Shown: positions 1 through 10,227, counted from the first letter of the stretch. The stretch is DNA of 64,000 nt from Gammaproteobacteria bacterium RIFCSPHIGHO2_12_FULL_35_23 (GCA_001801465.1 MGXT01000017.1:22362-86361), one strand, 5' to 3'. The notes: generated from the sequence alone by a model not told the origin. Program-made: numbers and translations.

Positions 1-305
1 TTGATTATGATAAGTAAGTGTTGCATTTTTAATGCTAATGCCAGGTGCATGCAAGTGCTTTTCCTCCGCCAGTATAAACTGTATCAGGTTCAAAGGGTCG
101 ATGCTCAAACATCCTCTCAGCCAAAGGCTCCCCTAAGCAGATAATACCATGTATTCTAAAGATATTTTTCTTTTTTGTATAGATACTTTATTAAAAAACA
201 AATTATTTAATTTAGATTAAAGATTTAAATTAATTAGTAGGCTGTATGGATATTTTTTAAAAAGATTAGTTTATTCTTCACTTTTTAATAGTAATAGTTG
301 GCGAT

Positions 306-1481
306 CTATTGATTCTTAAAAATAGGGTTAATAGGGTCGTGCCGCCAATTTTGATAAAAATTTGTTTTATAAATGGTAAAGTTAAAAACTTTTTGTTTAA
401 TTTTATTGAGCCGATGATTCAATACTGTAAAGCGATCAGGTAATCTTTGTATAGTGATAATAACTGTTGTTTGAGCTGTTAAGAAAATTTTTGGTTGTTT
501 TGGTAAAGTGTTTATAGCAACAGAAATTTTATTGGCTAATTGGGTGATTGCTAAAGCATAAAGATAGGAAGCGTTCCATTTTAGTAAAATGATAAAATTA
601 TTATTCACTAAATAAGTTCTATCAGAACTTTCTTTTAGCAAAATAATAGAGGTTAGACCTTGCCATGTAGGAAAAGATTCATCATGATAGGTTTTGACGC
701 CTAAATGCTGCCATTCACTAATTGTTTTATGATTATTGAGTCCAATTTGAGATAAAGGAAAATTAACTGGCAGCTTGACTCTAAGCGCTGTGTTTTCAGA
801 ATATTGCCAACCTTGCTGATGAAAATAATTAGCAGTAGAAGCTAACGCATCAGCTGGATTATTCCAAATATCTGGGCTCTTATTACCTAAATACGAGACT
901 GCATAGTTTAAGTATAAACTAGGCATAAATTGACATTGTCCGATTGCACCAGCCCAAGAGCCGGTCATTTTATTTTTATTGAAATTGGAATTTTGAATTA
1001 TTTTTAAGGCTGCAATCAATTCTTTTTTAAAAAATACATGACGATGATCAAAATAGGCTAAAGTGGCTAGCGCAGAAATAACAGGATAAGTTCCTAAATT
1101 TTTTCCATAGTTAGTTTCAGCACCTAAAATGGCCACTAAATATCCTGGCTGCACGTGATATTGTCGGCTAATTTTATTTAAGACGGATTGATTTTGCTGA
1201 TAAAACTGTATTCCTTGATTGATACGATGGGAAGTGACAAATAGTTTCATGTAATCATTATAATTTAAGACAGACTCTGGTTGGTTAGAGTCTTTATTGA
1301 TTACATCAGACAAATACTCTGCAGTAAGTAAGTTGTGGTGAATGACTGATTGCGAAATACCATGAGCCCTGGTTAGGGGAATCATAGTAGATAAAAATAA
1401 TCGAAAACCTAAAGAATTGGGATGAGCAGCATAAACAGTTGTAGTTGTAAATAGCAATAACAAAAAAATTATTTTTTTCAT
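306..1481 (-). CDS. mltB: lytic murein transglycosylase B family (MltB-like), secreted
   Basis: 391-aa ORF. N-terminal signal peptide (MKKIIFLLLLFTTTTVYA). MltB/Slt2 catalytic core pattern LGAETNYG ... AGAIGQCQFMP. AT3-rich codon usage matches the genome. Confidence 0.75.
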   Translation of the reverse strand: MKKIIFLLLLFTTTTVYAAHPNSLGFRLFLSTMIPLTRAHGISQSVIHHNLLTAEYLSDVINKDSNQPESVLNYNDYMKLFVTSHRINQGIQFYQQNQSVLNKISRQYHVQPGYLVAILGAETNYGKNLGTYPVISALATLAYFDHRHVFFKKELIAALKIIQNSNFNKNKMTGSWAGAIGQCQFMPSLYLNYAVSYLGNKSPDIWNNPADALASTANYFHQQGWQYSENTALRVKLPVNFPLSQIGLNNHKTISEWQHLGVKTYHDESFPTWQGLTSIILLKESSDRTYLVNNNFIILLKWNASYLYALAITQLANKISVAINTLPKQPKIFLTAQTTVIITIQRLPDRFTVLNHRLNKIKQKVFNFTIYKTNFYQNWRHDPINPIFKNQ

Positions 1482-1489
1482 TTATGGTA

Positions 1490-3205
1490 TTAATCTTCAT
1501 TAACTATTTTAGTGATTAAATGTAAATACTCTTTATCATATTGCAAAGTTTCATTTTGCAAATGTAGTAAACAAAAATAATCATAATAATATAATTTGTA
1601 CTCTTTTTTCGTGTGAAGCTGTTGATGCAGAGCTTCTATTAAAAGACTAACAGCGAGATAAATAACACTCATTTGGTTTACCACAGTTTTAATATGGAGT
1701 GCCTGTAGGTCAGCGGAAAGATTTTTTAAATTATCTAATTGCTCATTTAATAAAATAATGGCAGCTGTTAATTGTTTTTTTCTTGGAGAGTCTGCTAAGG
1801 TGTCTAATTGAGTTTGTAAATGATTAATAAATACTTTATCTATTGCAAATTTATGAATATCTCGCAAAATTTGTAAGCGCAGAGTATTATGAGTTCCTTC
1901 CCAGTTTTCGCAAACAATGCTGTCTCGAAATAGTCTTGGAAGAGGGGAAAAGCTTTCAATAGCACCATTGCCGGCTAGCACATCAATACAATGATGAATG
2001 TGATTAACTCCCCATAAGGCGGAAATATATTTATTAAGATTAGCTAAGATTCTAAGCAATAATGCTTCTTGTTTTTGAGGTGTTTTGCAGGTATCAAAGA
2101 TATCCTGAAGTTTAGTTGTTGCTAAAATACTTGCTAGCCCTGCTATATTTTCGACTTTAATTTGAGCTAAATTTTCAATAACCAAAGGGTAGTTATTAAT
2201 TGTTTTACCAAAGGCTTCCCTATGCCTAGCATATTGATAAGCAATAGAATAAGCATATCTCACCATCCCAAGCATAATAATAGTATTAAAGAGTCTGGAA
2301 ATGTGCAGAACATTTTCCATAACGATATTAAAACCTTTATCCAGCTCGCCGACAGGATAGGCAATAGCCTCATTAAAATCTATCTCACCTGAGGCCATAG
2401 AATTTGTACCAATTTTTTCTTTAAGACGCCTTACTGTGAAATAATTATGCTCTCCGTTTTCCAATTTAGTAGGTACCAAAAACAATCCTAATCCCTTAGT
2501 ACCAGAAACTTTTTCATCATAGCGTGCTGTCATTAAAATAAGGTCGGCATTGGCATTAGAACAAAACCATTTTTCTCCTTTGATGCGCCATTTGCCTTGT
2601 TTATCTTGATAAGCCAGCACAGCATTTTGTCCTACATCAGAGCCACCCTGAATCTCAGTTAAAAACTGTGCGCCTGTAAAATTATTTTTATAAGAAGGAG
2701 TTATTAATTTATTTAGAAAAAATTCACTGTTAGGGACCTTATATCTTTGTAATACTCGAACTAGGCCAGCAGAACAGGCGAGAGGACAGTTATGACCAGC
2801 TTCTCCCGCATGGCCGGAAAGATATAATAAGGCAAAGCTTTTTAGCATATTACCAGGTATAGCAAATTGTCCTAAAATATCGGCTCCATAAATGATTTCT
2901 CCTGCTGCTTCATAGCTAGGATGGTGGATAATATGATCAAGTCGATTGCCAATACCATCATAAGGTTCTAATCTAGGTAAATTTAAGCGGTAATTATTTT
3001 CGGCAACCAAAGGTAATAAATCTTCTGCTACTTGCTTGCCAAATTCAATTAGCTTTTTCTTTAATTCTTGGTCATGAAGAAAATACAGTTCAAAGCTATG
3101 TTGAAAGGAATGATTGGTTAAATAAACATTGTCAGCCATGAGTGCTTGCCATTGGCTTAAGGCTTTACGAGCGATTTTATTTCTTAATTGGGATGTTTCT
3201 TCCAT
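1490..3205 (-). CDS. acyl-CoA dehydrogenase family protein, AidB-like
   Basis: 571 aa. Length and domain order resemble AidB/isovaleryl-CoA dehydrogenase-type ACADs (N-terminal helical extension, middle beta domain, C-terminal helical domain; segment GEKWFCSNANADLILMTAR). Divergent from the thioesterase gene at 3295. Confidence 0.7.
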   Translation of the reverse strand: MEETSQLRNKIARKALSQWQALMADNVYLTNHSFQHSFELYFLHDQELKKKLIEFGKQVAEDLLPLVAENNYRLNLPRLEPYDGIGNRLDHIIHHPSYEAAGEIIYGADILGQFAIPGNMLKSFALLYLSGHAGEAGHNCPLACSAGLVRVLQRYKVPNSEFFLNKLITPSYKNNFTGAQFLTEIQGGSDVGQNAVLAYQDKQGKWRIKGEKWFCSNANADLILMTARYDEKVSGTKGLGLFLVPTKLENGEHNYFTVRRLKEKIGTNSMASGEIDFNEAIAYPVGELDKGFNIVMENVLHISRLFNTIIMLGMVRYAYSIAYQYARHREAFGKTINNYPLVIENLAQIKVENIAGLASILATTKLQDIFDTCKTPQKQEALLLRILANLNKYISALWGVNHIHHCIDVLAGNGAIESFSPLPRLFRDSIVCENWEGTHNTLRLQILRDIHKFAIDKVFINHLQTQLDTLADSPRKKQLTAAIILLNEQLDNLKNLSADLQALHIKTVVNQMSVIYLAVSLLIEALHQQLHTKKEYKLYYYDYFCLLHLQNETLQYDKEYLHLITKIVNED

Positions 3206-3294
3206 AGGAATCTCCTTTGGCGTATAGTATGCCTGGAATTTGAATTAATGAAAATTAAAACAAGCCTGGTAATGCGTGGATAAAAATTGACATT

Positions 3295-4596
3295 ATGAAA
3301 GTTATTGTTGAACCAAAATATAGTCGAGTTGATCAAAATTTAACAATATTACTGACAGAGTTACTACCTAGTCAAAATGTAACACTATCTGTTTCAACCC
3401 AAGATGCAAAAGGCTTGTTCTGGTCTGCAACAGCGACCTTCAAAGCTGATAAAACAGGAACAATTAATGTTGCTTCCCAAGCTCCTATTAAAGGCAGCTA
3501 TCAAGGAAAGCACGCTCTAGGCTTATTTTGGTCTATGAAGCCTAATGAAGGTAAAGGTAGTTTTTCTCAACCTTTTGCCTTGCAAGGCCTTAAAAAGCTC
3601 TCTATCCAAATGAGTGCTAAAAGTAATAATCAAGTGTTGTTTGAAGAAACTCTAGAGAGATATTTGTATTCTGACAAAATAGAGCGCAGAGAGATTAAAG
3701 AACCTCAGTTGTCAGGTACTTTATTTTTACCTAAGACTGAAACTCCTCTGCCTGCTATTGCTATAATTCCTGGTTCAAGAGGGGTGAGTGTGGTAGAGCC
3801 TATGGCTGCGTTATTAGCCGAGCAAGGTTATATAGTTAAGGTGATAGCCTATCCTAACCAGCATGAAGGAGAAATCTATGAACTACCTATAGAGGGATTT
3901 AAGCGTAGTATCCTCTGGTTATCAGAGCATCCTCAGGTGTTAGCTAATAAAATCATGGCAATTGGCATTTCTAAAGGAGCTGAAGCATTATTGACTACAC
4001 TAGCTTATTTTCCTGAGCTTAAATTAGAAAAAGTAATAGCTATTTCGCCGTCTAGTGTGGTGTGGCAAGGTTTGGGTAAGGGAAGGCCAAAGTTCTGCAG
4101 CTCTTGGTCACTATTTAATGAGCCGGTAGCCTATTTGCCTATGCACCAAAAAACAGCTTTTCGCTCTGTTTTAATCAGTAAATTGCTGAGTAAGCTTGCT
4201 ATAGATAAAATATTCCCAAGTTTTAGTGCAGTCAAATTTGTTAAAACCTATCGCAAAGCATTTAAAAATAAACGTGCTGCAGAAGAAGCAGCTATTCCTA
4301 TTGAAAAAATTAGGGCACCACTTTTATTGATTTCTGGAGCTGAAGATAAATTATGGCCAGCTTCTATGATGTGTGAACAAATTAAAACAAGGCTCAAAGC
4401 TAAACAATTTAACTATCCTATTGAGCACATAAATTATTTTCAGGCCGGGCATGTATTTATGTTTCCTGGTATTCCTTCGATGATGCAAATTATTAAACTG
4501 CCAGTACTCACCCTAGCATTAGGGGGTAATAGAAAAGGGGCTGCAATGGCTTGGCAAGCGTATTGGCAAAAATTACTGAATTATTTGCAAGTGTAA
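3295..4596 (+). CDS. acyl-CoA thioesterase, BAAT/ACOT family (eukaryote-type)
   Basis: 433 aa. N-terminal Bile_Hydr_Trans-like beta domain (NVTLSVSTQDAKGLFWSATATFKADKTGTINV) plus C-terminal alpha/beta hydrolase with the GISKGAE nucleophile elbow (GxSxG) characteristic of BAAT/ACOT1-4 and a downstream His. Confidence 0.7.
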   Translation: MKVIVEPKYSRVDQNLTILLTELLPSQNVTLSVSTQDAKGLFWSATATFKADKTGTINVASQAPIKGSYQGKHALGLFWSMKPNEGKGSFSQPFALQGLKKLSIQMSAKSNNQVLFEETLERYLYSDKIERREIKEPQLSGTLFLPKTETPLPAIAIIPGSRGVSVVEPMAALLAEQGYIVKVIAYPNQHEGEIYELPIEGFKRSILWLSEHPQVLANKIMAIGISKGAEALLTTLAYFPELKLEKVIAISPSSVVWQGLGKGRPKFCSSWSLFNEPVAYLPMHQKTAFRSVLISKLLSKLAIDKIFPSFSAVKFVKTYRKAFKNKRAAEEAAIPIEKIRAPLLLISGAEDKLWPASMMCEQIKTRLKAKQFNYPIEHINYFQAGHVFMFPGIPSMMQIIKLPVLTLALGGNRKGAAMAWQAYWQKLLNYLQV

Positions 4597-4828
4597 AGCT
4601 AATAAAATTAAATTTGTAACTTTACTGTTTCTTTTTCTTATTGTTTGGCAAGCGTAGTAAATAGTTTTCACTTGCCCCCTTTTTTTAGTTGTATGTTCCA
4701 GTTCCAATCTTGCTCTTTTAGCAACGTCGCCTTTCCTATTTTACCAGCAGCTGCTTCTAATTTCAGTCGATTACAAAATATAACCGACTCACTTCCTTCT
4801 TTTTTTAAAGCTATTTTTTTAAGACCCC

Positions 4829-4972
4829 TCAGTAATTTTTAGCTGCCTGATAATATGGTTGTTGGGTTAACACTTGAGTAATATCCGCTACCGAGAAAAA
4901 CCAAGTTTCTGTTTCTTTATCTTATAAACGACGAATTTGAGAATCTTCGGAAATTGCCAACTCTATTTTCAT
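4829..4972 (-). pseudogene. BRO-N (phage antirepressor N-terminal)-like gene remnant with in-frame stop
   Basis: Minus-strand translation gives MKIELAISEDSQIRRL*DKETETWFFSVADITQVLTQQPYYQAAKNY*. The xIRxx..gEpWFxaxDvaxvLg pattern matches BRO-N domains. A GGAG SD precedes the ATG at 4972. The reading is interrupted by TAA at 4922-4924 and stops at 4829-4831. It lies in a 550-bp convergent intergenic gap. Confidence 0.25.
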
Positions 4973-5150
4973 AGCTACTCCATGTATTATGAATTAATAA
5001 TAAAATTTAAACTTTAAATAAAATATTTATTCTTAATCATCTTTTTCGGAAATTAAAAGATAAGTTTCTCAATAGTGAGTCATCACTAATTTTTGAGTCA
5101 AAAAATATATTTACGGAATAAAAGAAGTTTATTCTAAACCATAAAGATTG

Positions 5151-8100
5151 TTACTTTAATAAAGATAAAATATTTTTTATCGCCATAATTCTTTTTTCTG
5201 CTATATTTATTTCTTCAGCAAAATGAAAACTCAATTTATCAGATCCTAAAAGTTTAAAAGCATTGGGCTGTTGTTGAATTAATTTAATAATGGTAGTGGG
5301 TTCAATAGCTGGTTTTGCTTGGAAGTGGATTTTACCCCCCTTGCTAGAGGCCTCTAACTTTTTAATGCCAATTTCATTAGCGATAAATTTTAAACTTGTG
5401 ATCGTTAATAAGTTTTTAATGGAATCTGGTAATAAGCCAAAACGATCGACCATTTCACTTTGTAATTCATCTAAAGCTTGCTGATTTTCTGCACTAGCGA
5501 TACGTTTATATAGAATTAAACGACTATGAACATCAGGTAAATAATCCTCAGGAATAATGGTACTAAGCTTTAAATCTATCTCAGGTCCTTGATCAAGAGG
5601 TTGCTCTAAGTCAATTTTCTTGCCTTTTTTCAAGGCGTTTACTGCCCGTTCTAGCATATCCATATAAAGATTGAAGCCAATTTCAATCATTTGTCCGCTT
5701 TGCTCTTCACCAAGCAGTTCACCAGCGCCGCGAATTTCTAAGTCATGCGTAGCTAAAGTAAATCCAATTCCTAAATCTTTTAATGAGGCAATGGCTTCTA
5801 AACGTTTTTCAGCCTCTGCTGTCATTAATTTTTTATCAGGAATTAATAAATAAGCATAGGCTTGATGATGGGAGCGACCAACGCGACCTCGAAGTTGATG
5901 AAGTTGCGCTAAACCAAAATGATCAGCTCTATCAATAATAATGGTATTAGCATTAGGAATATCAATACCAGATTCAATAATCGTAGTGGCAATGAGTACG
6001 TTAAAACGACGATGATAAAAATCTGCCATCACTTGTTCAAGCTCACGTTCGCGCATTTGACCATGGCCTATTCCTATTTTAGCTTCAGGGACTAATTCTG
6101 CCATTTCTCTGGCGATTTGTTCGATAGTCTCTACTTTGTTATATAAAAAGTAAACTTGTCCACCACGCCATATTTCTCGAAGAATAGCTTCTCGTATCAT
6201 ATTATTATTGCGTTTTTGAATAAAGGTTTTAATTGCTAAGCGTTTGATAGGTGGCGTAGCAATAACTGAGAGATCTCTTATACCAGCAAAAGCCATATTG
6301 AGCGTGCGTGGAATAGGGGTTGCAGTAAGCGTAAGAATATCAATATTAGCACGCAAAGCTTTTAGTTGTTCTTTTTGTTTTACGCCAAAGCGATGTTCTT
6401 CATCAATAATTAACAGGCCTAAATTTGCATAACGAATGGTTTTATTAAGTAATTTATGCGTACCAATAACTATATCTATTTTGCCGTTTTCTAAACGCTC
6501 TATGATAAGTTTTTGTTCTTTAGTAGTTCTAAATCTGGATAAAACTTCAATTTCGATCGGCCAATCAGCAAAGCGATCTTTAAAATTTTGGTAATGCTGT
6601 TGCGCTAAAAGTGTGGTGGGCGCTAAGAGAACCACTTGTTTGTTATTGTTTGCCGCAACAAAAGCAGCTCGCATCGCTACCTCAGTTTTACCAAAGCCCA
6701 CGTCACCACAAACTAAGCGGTCCATGGTTTTTTCGCTTTGCATATCTTCTAATACTTGTTGAATAGCAGTTAATTGACCAGGTGTTTCTTCAAAGGGAAA
6801 AGTTTCACAAAAATTTTGATAATGTTCGTCGATTTTAAACTGAAAGCCATGTTGAGCCGCACGCCTTGCATAAATTTCTAATAACTCAGCTGCAGCATCT
6901 CTTATTTTTTCGGCGGCTTTACGTTTAGCTTTTTGCCATTGATCGGTACCGAGTTTATGTAAAGGTGCATGTTCGGGGTCAGCGCCAGTATAGCGGCTGA
7001 TTAAGTGAAGTGAAGAAACTGGAACATAGAGTTTGGTATCAAAAGCATAACTTAAAGTGACATATTCATCACTACGATTATCAAGTGTAATAATTTGTAA
7101 CCCCAGATATCGACCGACGCCATGTTCGATATGAACAATAGGATCTCCTATACTTAGCTCAGCTAAATTTTTGATTAAAGCATCTGCTTCTTGAGTTTGC
7201 TGTTTTTTGCGACGTCGTCGTTGAAGAATTCTTTCTCCAACTAACTGCGATTCGGCAATAATGGTAATTTTTTCCAGATTGCTAATTAGTCCATCATCGA
7301 GAGGATAAGTAACAATACAATAATTTGCTGAGGATTGTAGGAACTCTTGCCAATGATGAATTTGAACTGGTGTTAAATTAATGGTTTTAAATAAACCGAG
7401 TAATACTTCTCTACGGCCGGTAGTTTCTGCACAAAATAAAATTTTATTTGAGGTGCTTGCTAGATAATTTTGTAAATTAATTAAAGGATTTTTGAGTTTA
7501 TGGTTGAGTGTTAAATTTGGCAAAGGGTCAGTTGCAAAATTAATAGAATGAATTTTTTCAGGTAAAGGTTCAGTTTGTAGTTCGACTTGTGAAAATTGAT
7601 TTATTTTCATGAATAAGTCATTTACTGGTAAAAAAGCCTCAGTAGGGAAAAGAATAGGTCTTAATCGATCATGAGCTAATTGTTCATAACGGTTATTTAT
7701 TTCCTGCCAATAATGATTGGCCTGCTCATAAATATCTGCTAAACGAAATACCAACACTTCTTTAGGTAGTAGATCTAATAAAGTAGCAGTTTTCTCAAAA
7801 AATAAAGGGATATAATATTCAATACCAGGAGAAGTAATTCCTTGACTGACTTCTTGATAAATAGGGCAATCAGTAGGATTTCCTGGAAAACGACTACGCC
7901 ATTTAGCCCTAAAAAACTCAATACCTTCAGCAGATAATGAATACTCTGTTGCAGGTAATAAATTAATAGCCGCTAGTTTTTCTAAAGATCTCTGAGTTTC
8001 TGGGTCAAAAGTTCGAATGGTTTCGACTTCTTCATCAAACAATTCTATACGATAAGGAAGTACGGCGCCCATTGGAAAAACATCAATAATAGCACCACGA

Positions 8101-8609
8101 ACCGCAAAGTCTCCGTGCTCATTGACTTGATTGACACAACGATAAGCATTTTGTTGTAAACTTTTTCGCAAGGTAGTAATAGTAAATTGATCGCCTATTT
8201 TTAAGGTAAAACAATTTGCAATCAGATACTCGGCAGGTGCAATTTTATTCATTAAGCTTGAAATAGAGGTCAGTAAAACACCCGTTTTGAGCTTAGTTAA
8301 TTGAGTCAAGGTTAATAATCGTTCAGAGATGATGTCTTGGTGAGGAGAAAAGAGATCGTAGGGAAGTGTTTCCCATTCTGGAAATCGTAAAATGGTAAGT
8401 TCGGTATGCTCTTGTAAAAAGAATCTTAATTCTTCTTCTAGTTTGCTGGCAGTTAAATTATCGGGCGTAACAATAATATTTAACTGCTCAGATTGCTTAA
8501 TTGCTTCAGCAATGGCCAAACTATGAGCACAGCCATGTAATTGTCCCCAATATATTTTTGGTTGCTTTGGGGTAGGCAATAATGGTTTGAACAAACTATG
8601 CGCAGACAT
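5151..8609 (-). CDS. mfd: transcription-repair coupling factor Mfd
   Basis: 1152 aa. UvrB-homology N-terminus, RNAP-interacting domain, superfamily-2 helicase motifs (GDVGFGKTEVA Walker A, DEEHRFGV DEAH box), TRG motif and C-terminal D7. Unambiguous. Confidence 0.95.
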   Translation of the reverse strand: MSAHSLFKPLLPTPKQPKIYWGQLHGCAHSLAIAEAIKQSEQLNIIVTPDNLTASKLEEELRFFLQEHTELTILRFPEWETLPYDLFSPHQDIISERLLTLTQLTKLKTGVLLTSISSLMNKIAPAEYLIANCFTLKIGDQFTITTLRKSLQQNAYRCVNQVNEHGDFAVRGAIIDVFPMGAVLPYRIELFDEEVETIRTFDPETQRSLEKLAAINLLPATEYSLSAEGIEFFRAKWRSRFPGNPTDCPIYQEVSQGITSPGIEYYIPLFFEKTATLLDLLPKEVLVFRLADIYEQANHYWQEINNRYEQLAHDRLRPILFPTEAFLPVNDLFMKINQFSQVELQTEPLPEKIHSINFATDPLPNLTLNHKLKNPLINLQNYLASTSNKILFCAETTGRREVLLGLFKTINLTPVQIHHWQEFLQSSANYCIVTYPLDDGLISNLEKITIIAESQLVGERILQRRRRKKQQTQEADALIKNLAELSIGDPIVHIEHGVGRYLGLQIITLDNRSDEYVTLSYAFDTKLYVPVSSLHLISRYTGADPEHAPLHKLGTDQWQKAKRKAAEKIRDAAAELLEIYARRAAQHGFQFKIDEHYQNFCETFPFEETPGQLTAIQQVLEDMQSEKTMDRLVCGDVGFGKTEVAMRAAFVAANNNKQVVLLAPTTLLAQQHYQNFKDRFADWPIEIEVLSRFRTTKEQKLIIERLENGKIDIVIGTHKLLNKTIRYANLGLLIIDEEHRFGVKQKEQLKALRANIDILTLTATPIPRTLNMAFAGIRDLSVIATPPIKRLAIKTFIQKRNNNMIREAILREIWRGGQVYFLYNKVETIEQIAREMAELVPEAKIGIGHGQMRERELEQVMADFYHRRFNVLIATTIIESGIDIPNANTIIIDRADHFGLAQLHQLRGRVGRSHHQAYAYLLIPDKKLMTAEAEKRLEAIASLKDLGIGFTLATHDLEIRGAGELLGEEQSGQMIEIGFNLYMDMLERAVNALKKGKKIDLEQPLDQGPEIDLKLSTIIPEDYLPDVHSRLILYKRIASAENQQALDELQSEMVDRFGLLPDSIKNLLTITSLKFIANEIGIKKLEASSKGGKIHFQAKPAIEPTTIIKLIQQQPNAFKLLGSDKLSFHFAEEINIAEKRIMAIKNILSLLK

Positions 8610-8703
8610 ATAATCTTAATAACAAAATTAGCAAATTTTAGCGGTGGAGTGGAAAAAGATCAAAGCATTTTGAGCAAGAAATTCACTATGCTACAATTTA
8701 TTT

Positions 8704-9369
8704 ATGATACTAACAGCCGACTTTTTTAATCAAAATGCCGAACGAGTAGCAAGGCAGTTATTAGGCAAAATATTACGAGTTAAGTATAAACAAACTTGGC
8801 TTGCAGCGGTTATTATTGAAACGGAAGTTTATTTACTTGAGGATAAGGCTAGCCATGCCTCTTTAGGATTTACCTCTAAACGTAAGGCTTTATTTATGCC
8901 TCCTGGTACTATTTATATGTATTATGCTCGTGGGGGAGATTCTTTAAATATAAGCTGTCAAGGTGAGGGAAATGCAGTATTAATTAAATCAGCCTATCCT
9001 TATATAGAGCGCAATTCTTTGCCCAAAATGATATCAATTATGCAAAAATTAAACCCATTATCTGAAAATAAGCAGCGAACTGTAGAGCAATTATGCAAAG
9101 GACAAACTTTGCTGTGTAAATCTTTAGGATTAAAGGTTCCCGATTGGGATCAACAGCAGTTTGACAAAAATAAATTTTATATTGACGATATTGGGTTAAT
9201 AGCGGATAAAATAGTGCAGACAAAGAGGCTGGGGATCCCAAAAGGTCGAGATGAGCATTTGCTTTATCGCTTTATTGACTATAATAAAATAAAGTTGTGT
9301 ACTAGTAATCCCTTAACTAAAAAATGTTTCGCCTCCAATAAGGATTATTTTATTTTAGAAAAGTGTTAA
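8704..9369 (+). CDS. mpg: DNA-3-methyladenine glycosylase (Mpg/AAG family)
   Basis: 221 aa. N-terminal 100 aa match the AAG/Mpg fold signature (ARQLLGKIL ... IIETEVYLLEDKASHAS ... MPPGTIYMYYARGGDSLNISCQGEGNAVLIKS). Has a C-terminal extension of about 40 aa beyond typical Mpg. Confidence 0.75.
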   Translation: MILTADFFNQNAERVARQLLGKILRVKYKQTWLAAVIIETEVYLLEDKASHASLGFTSKRKALFMPPGTIYMYYARGGDSLNISCQGEGNAVLIKSAYPYIERNSLPKMISIMQKLNPLSENKQRTVEQLCKGQTLLCKSLGLKVPDWDQQQFDKNKFYIDDIGLIADKIVQTKRLGIPKGRDEHLLYRFIDYNKIKLCTSNPLTKKCFASNKDYFILEKC

Positions 9370-9379
9370 AAGGTTTGTT

Positions 9380-10153
9380 ATGAATAAAAAATTACTAGTC
9401 GTATTAATTGCAATTTGCAGTTTAAGTGGAAGTTATGCTTTGAGCTGCGATTCAAAAGTTCCAAGTGATTTGTTGCCGCAATTTGCTAACCAATCAGTCA
9501 TTACTAATAGTGGCTGGGTTTATGTAGCTGCTCTGCCAAATACTACTGCCGCAACTGATTCTTCACCAACTCCAGCAGCAGCGAATGTTACCAACTCAGA
9601 AAATTCTGTTCCTAATTCAGTAGCTAATAATAGCAATGCAGCGACTTTAACTTCGGTTAATGAAACAGATTCGGATGCGAATCCAGTTACCAGTTCTGCA
9701 GAGGCAACAAATGGGATTGTTACGCCAGATGATAATTCAGAAGCAGTAAGCTCTGATCAAACCAAGCAGGCAGAGAGCTCAACAAATAATACGATCACCT
9801 CCTCTACTTCCCAAAGTAGTCCAGGTGTCAATTCGACAACCAATAATACAGGGCCTACTTTGCCACCACCTGTCGTTATTCCGTCGGGGGCTTCTTTTCA
9901 ATTACAAAGTGTTGAAATGGGTGAAATTCCACAGCCAGATGGATCTACCATTGCAGGAATATTATGCACTTATCAAGATCAATCTTCAGGCATTACTGTG
10001 ACCGCCTTTAAAAAAGGTTACTATTATATTGTGCGCAATAATGATACAAAATGGCAGCAAACACCCGGTTCAAATGGTATGATTTGTACTTCAGCGAATG
10101 CTTACATCAATCCAAAAGACTGTCTATTTGATCAAATTGTTAATTGGCCGTAA
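9380..10153 (+). CDS. secreted Ser/Thr/Asn-rich low-complexity protein with Cys-containing C-terminal domain
   Basis: 257 aa. Signal peptide (MNKKLLVVLIAICSLSGSYA). About 120 aa of S/T/N/A-rich low complexity, then a roughly 90-aa C-terminal module with 3 Cys. No family recognised. Confidence 0.5.
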   Translation: MNKKLLVVLIAICSLSGSYALSCDSKVPSDLLPQFANQSVITNSGWVYVAALPNTTAATDSSPTPAAANVTNSENSVPNSVANNSNAATLTSVNETDSDANPVTSSAEATNGIVTPDDNSEAVSSDQTKQAESSTNNTITSSTSQSSPGVNSTTNNTGPTLPPPVVIPSGASFQLQSVEMGEIPQPDGSTIAGILCTYQDQSSGITVTAFKKGYYYIVRNNDTKWQQTPGSNGMICTSANAYINPKDCLFDQIVNWP

Positions 10154-10227
10154 TAATATTCTTGATATTTATCAAATAGTACCTATTTAAAAAGGATACA
10201 ATGGGTTAAAGCATAAAGGATATTGCC

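Noticed and set aside
1306-1500. 64-aa ORF overlapping the 5' end of mltB
   Set aside because: Out-of-frame overlap with the MltB signal-peptide region. Ile/Phe/Tyr-rich, typical spurious AT-rich ORF.
4645-4842. 65-aa ORF in the thioesterase-mfd gap
   Set aside because: Low-complexity Phe/Ser-rich translation, no SD. It overlaps the 3' end (4829-4842) of the BRO-N-like remnant, which is more plausible on the opposite strand.
5290-8609. Short plus-strand ORFs inside mfd (5290-5484, 5671-5853, 6244-6432)
   Set aside because: Entirely embedded antisense in a highly conserved 1152-aa gene. No SD, biased composition typical of antisense frames.
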